64,000 bases of DNA from positions 1 to 64,000 of the forward strand of contig JANZKC010000002.1 in the NCBI GenBank assembly GCA_025061115.1. Reading direction: 5' to 3'. Both the position numbers and the translations under genes were made by a program. Shown here one piece after another: positions 63,973 to 64,000 of this stretch; within the stretch, counting starts at the first letter, position 1; every line of letters starts with the position of its first letter. Below the pieces are notes generated by a model. That model ran no database searches. It saw nothing but the letters and a program-made list of their open reading frames with translations, and was not told the DNA's origin. The stretch is from Candidatus Culexmicrobium cathedralense (GTDB lineage Archaea > Thermoproteota > Methanomethylicia > Culexarchaeales > Culexmicrobiaceae).

Positions 63973-64000
63973 TACTGGACACCGCCAATAGCTAAAGCAT

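Noticed and set aside
1-64000. Many antisense/overlapping short ORFs in the track; CRISPR, tRNA, rRNA and further BHB introns
   Set aside because: Shadow ORFs overlap well-supported genes; no repeat-spacer array or structural RNA gene recognised; other frameshifts inspected (4624, ~29730, 50570) are 1-nt indels without BHB, but in-frame introns could be missed by eye

Overview
Archaeal genomic window, most likely a TACK/Thermoproteota lineage. This is inferred from DPSL, Nre, THUMP-SPOUT, a free-standing ThrRS editing domain, F420-dependent Mtd and GGAGGTGA-type RBSs. Positions ~1-20.9 kb are an AT-rich, decaying accessory region. It holds surface beta-helix and glycoside-hydrolase-like proteins, ggt, dpsL, two CoiA-like PD-(D/E)xK nuclease genes, an iteron/hairpin-like non-coding patch and many gene remnants, including a leuS fragment. 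From 20.9 kb onward it is mostly housekeeping: coaBC, aminotransferase, hsp20, a heterodimeric ABC exporter, hypD, nre, metG, mtd/fhs/folD, glnA-lrp, degT, THUMP-SPOUT, PAPS-reductase family, a DRG GTPase and a HerA-like ATPase with a long zinc-finger tail. The standout observation is that hypD, which looks frameshifted, is interrupted inside its essential CGTH motif by a 26-nt insert (34688-34713, minus strand). The insert folds into a canonical bulge-helix-bulge motif, and cutting it at the canonical bulge positions restores the exact reading frame. It is therefore a candidate tRNA-endonuclease-spliced mRNA intron in a hydrogenase maturation gene. No rRNA, tRNA, CRISPR array or integrase was recognised. 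All calls come from manual reading, with no database searches.
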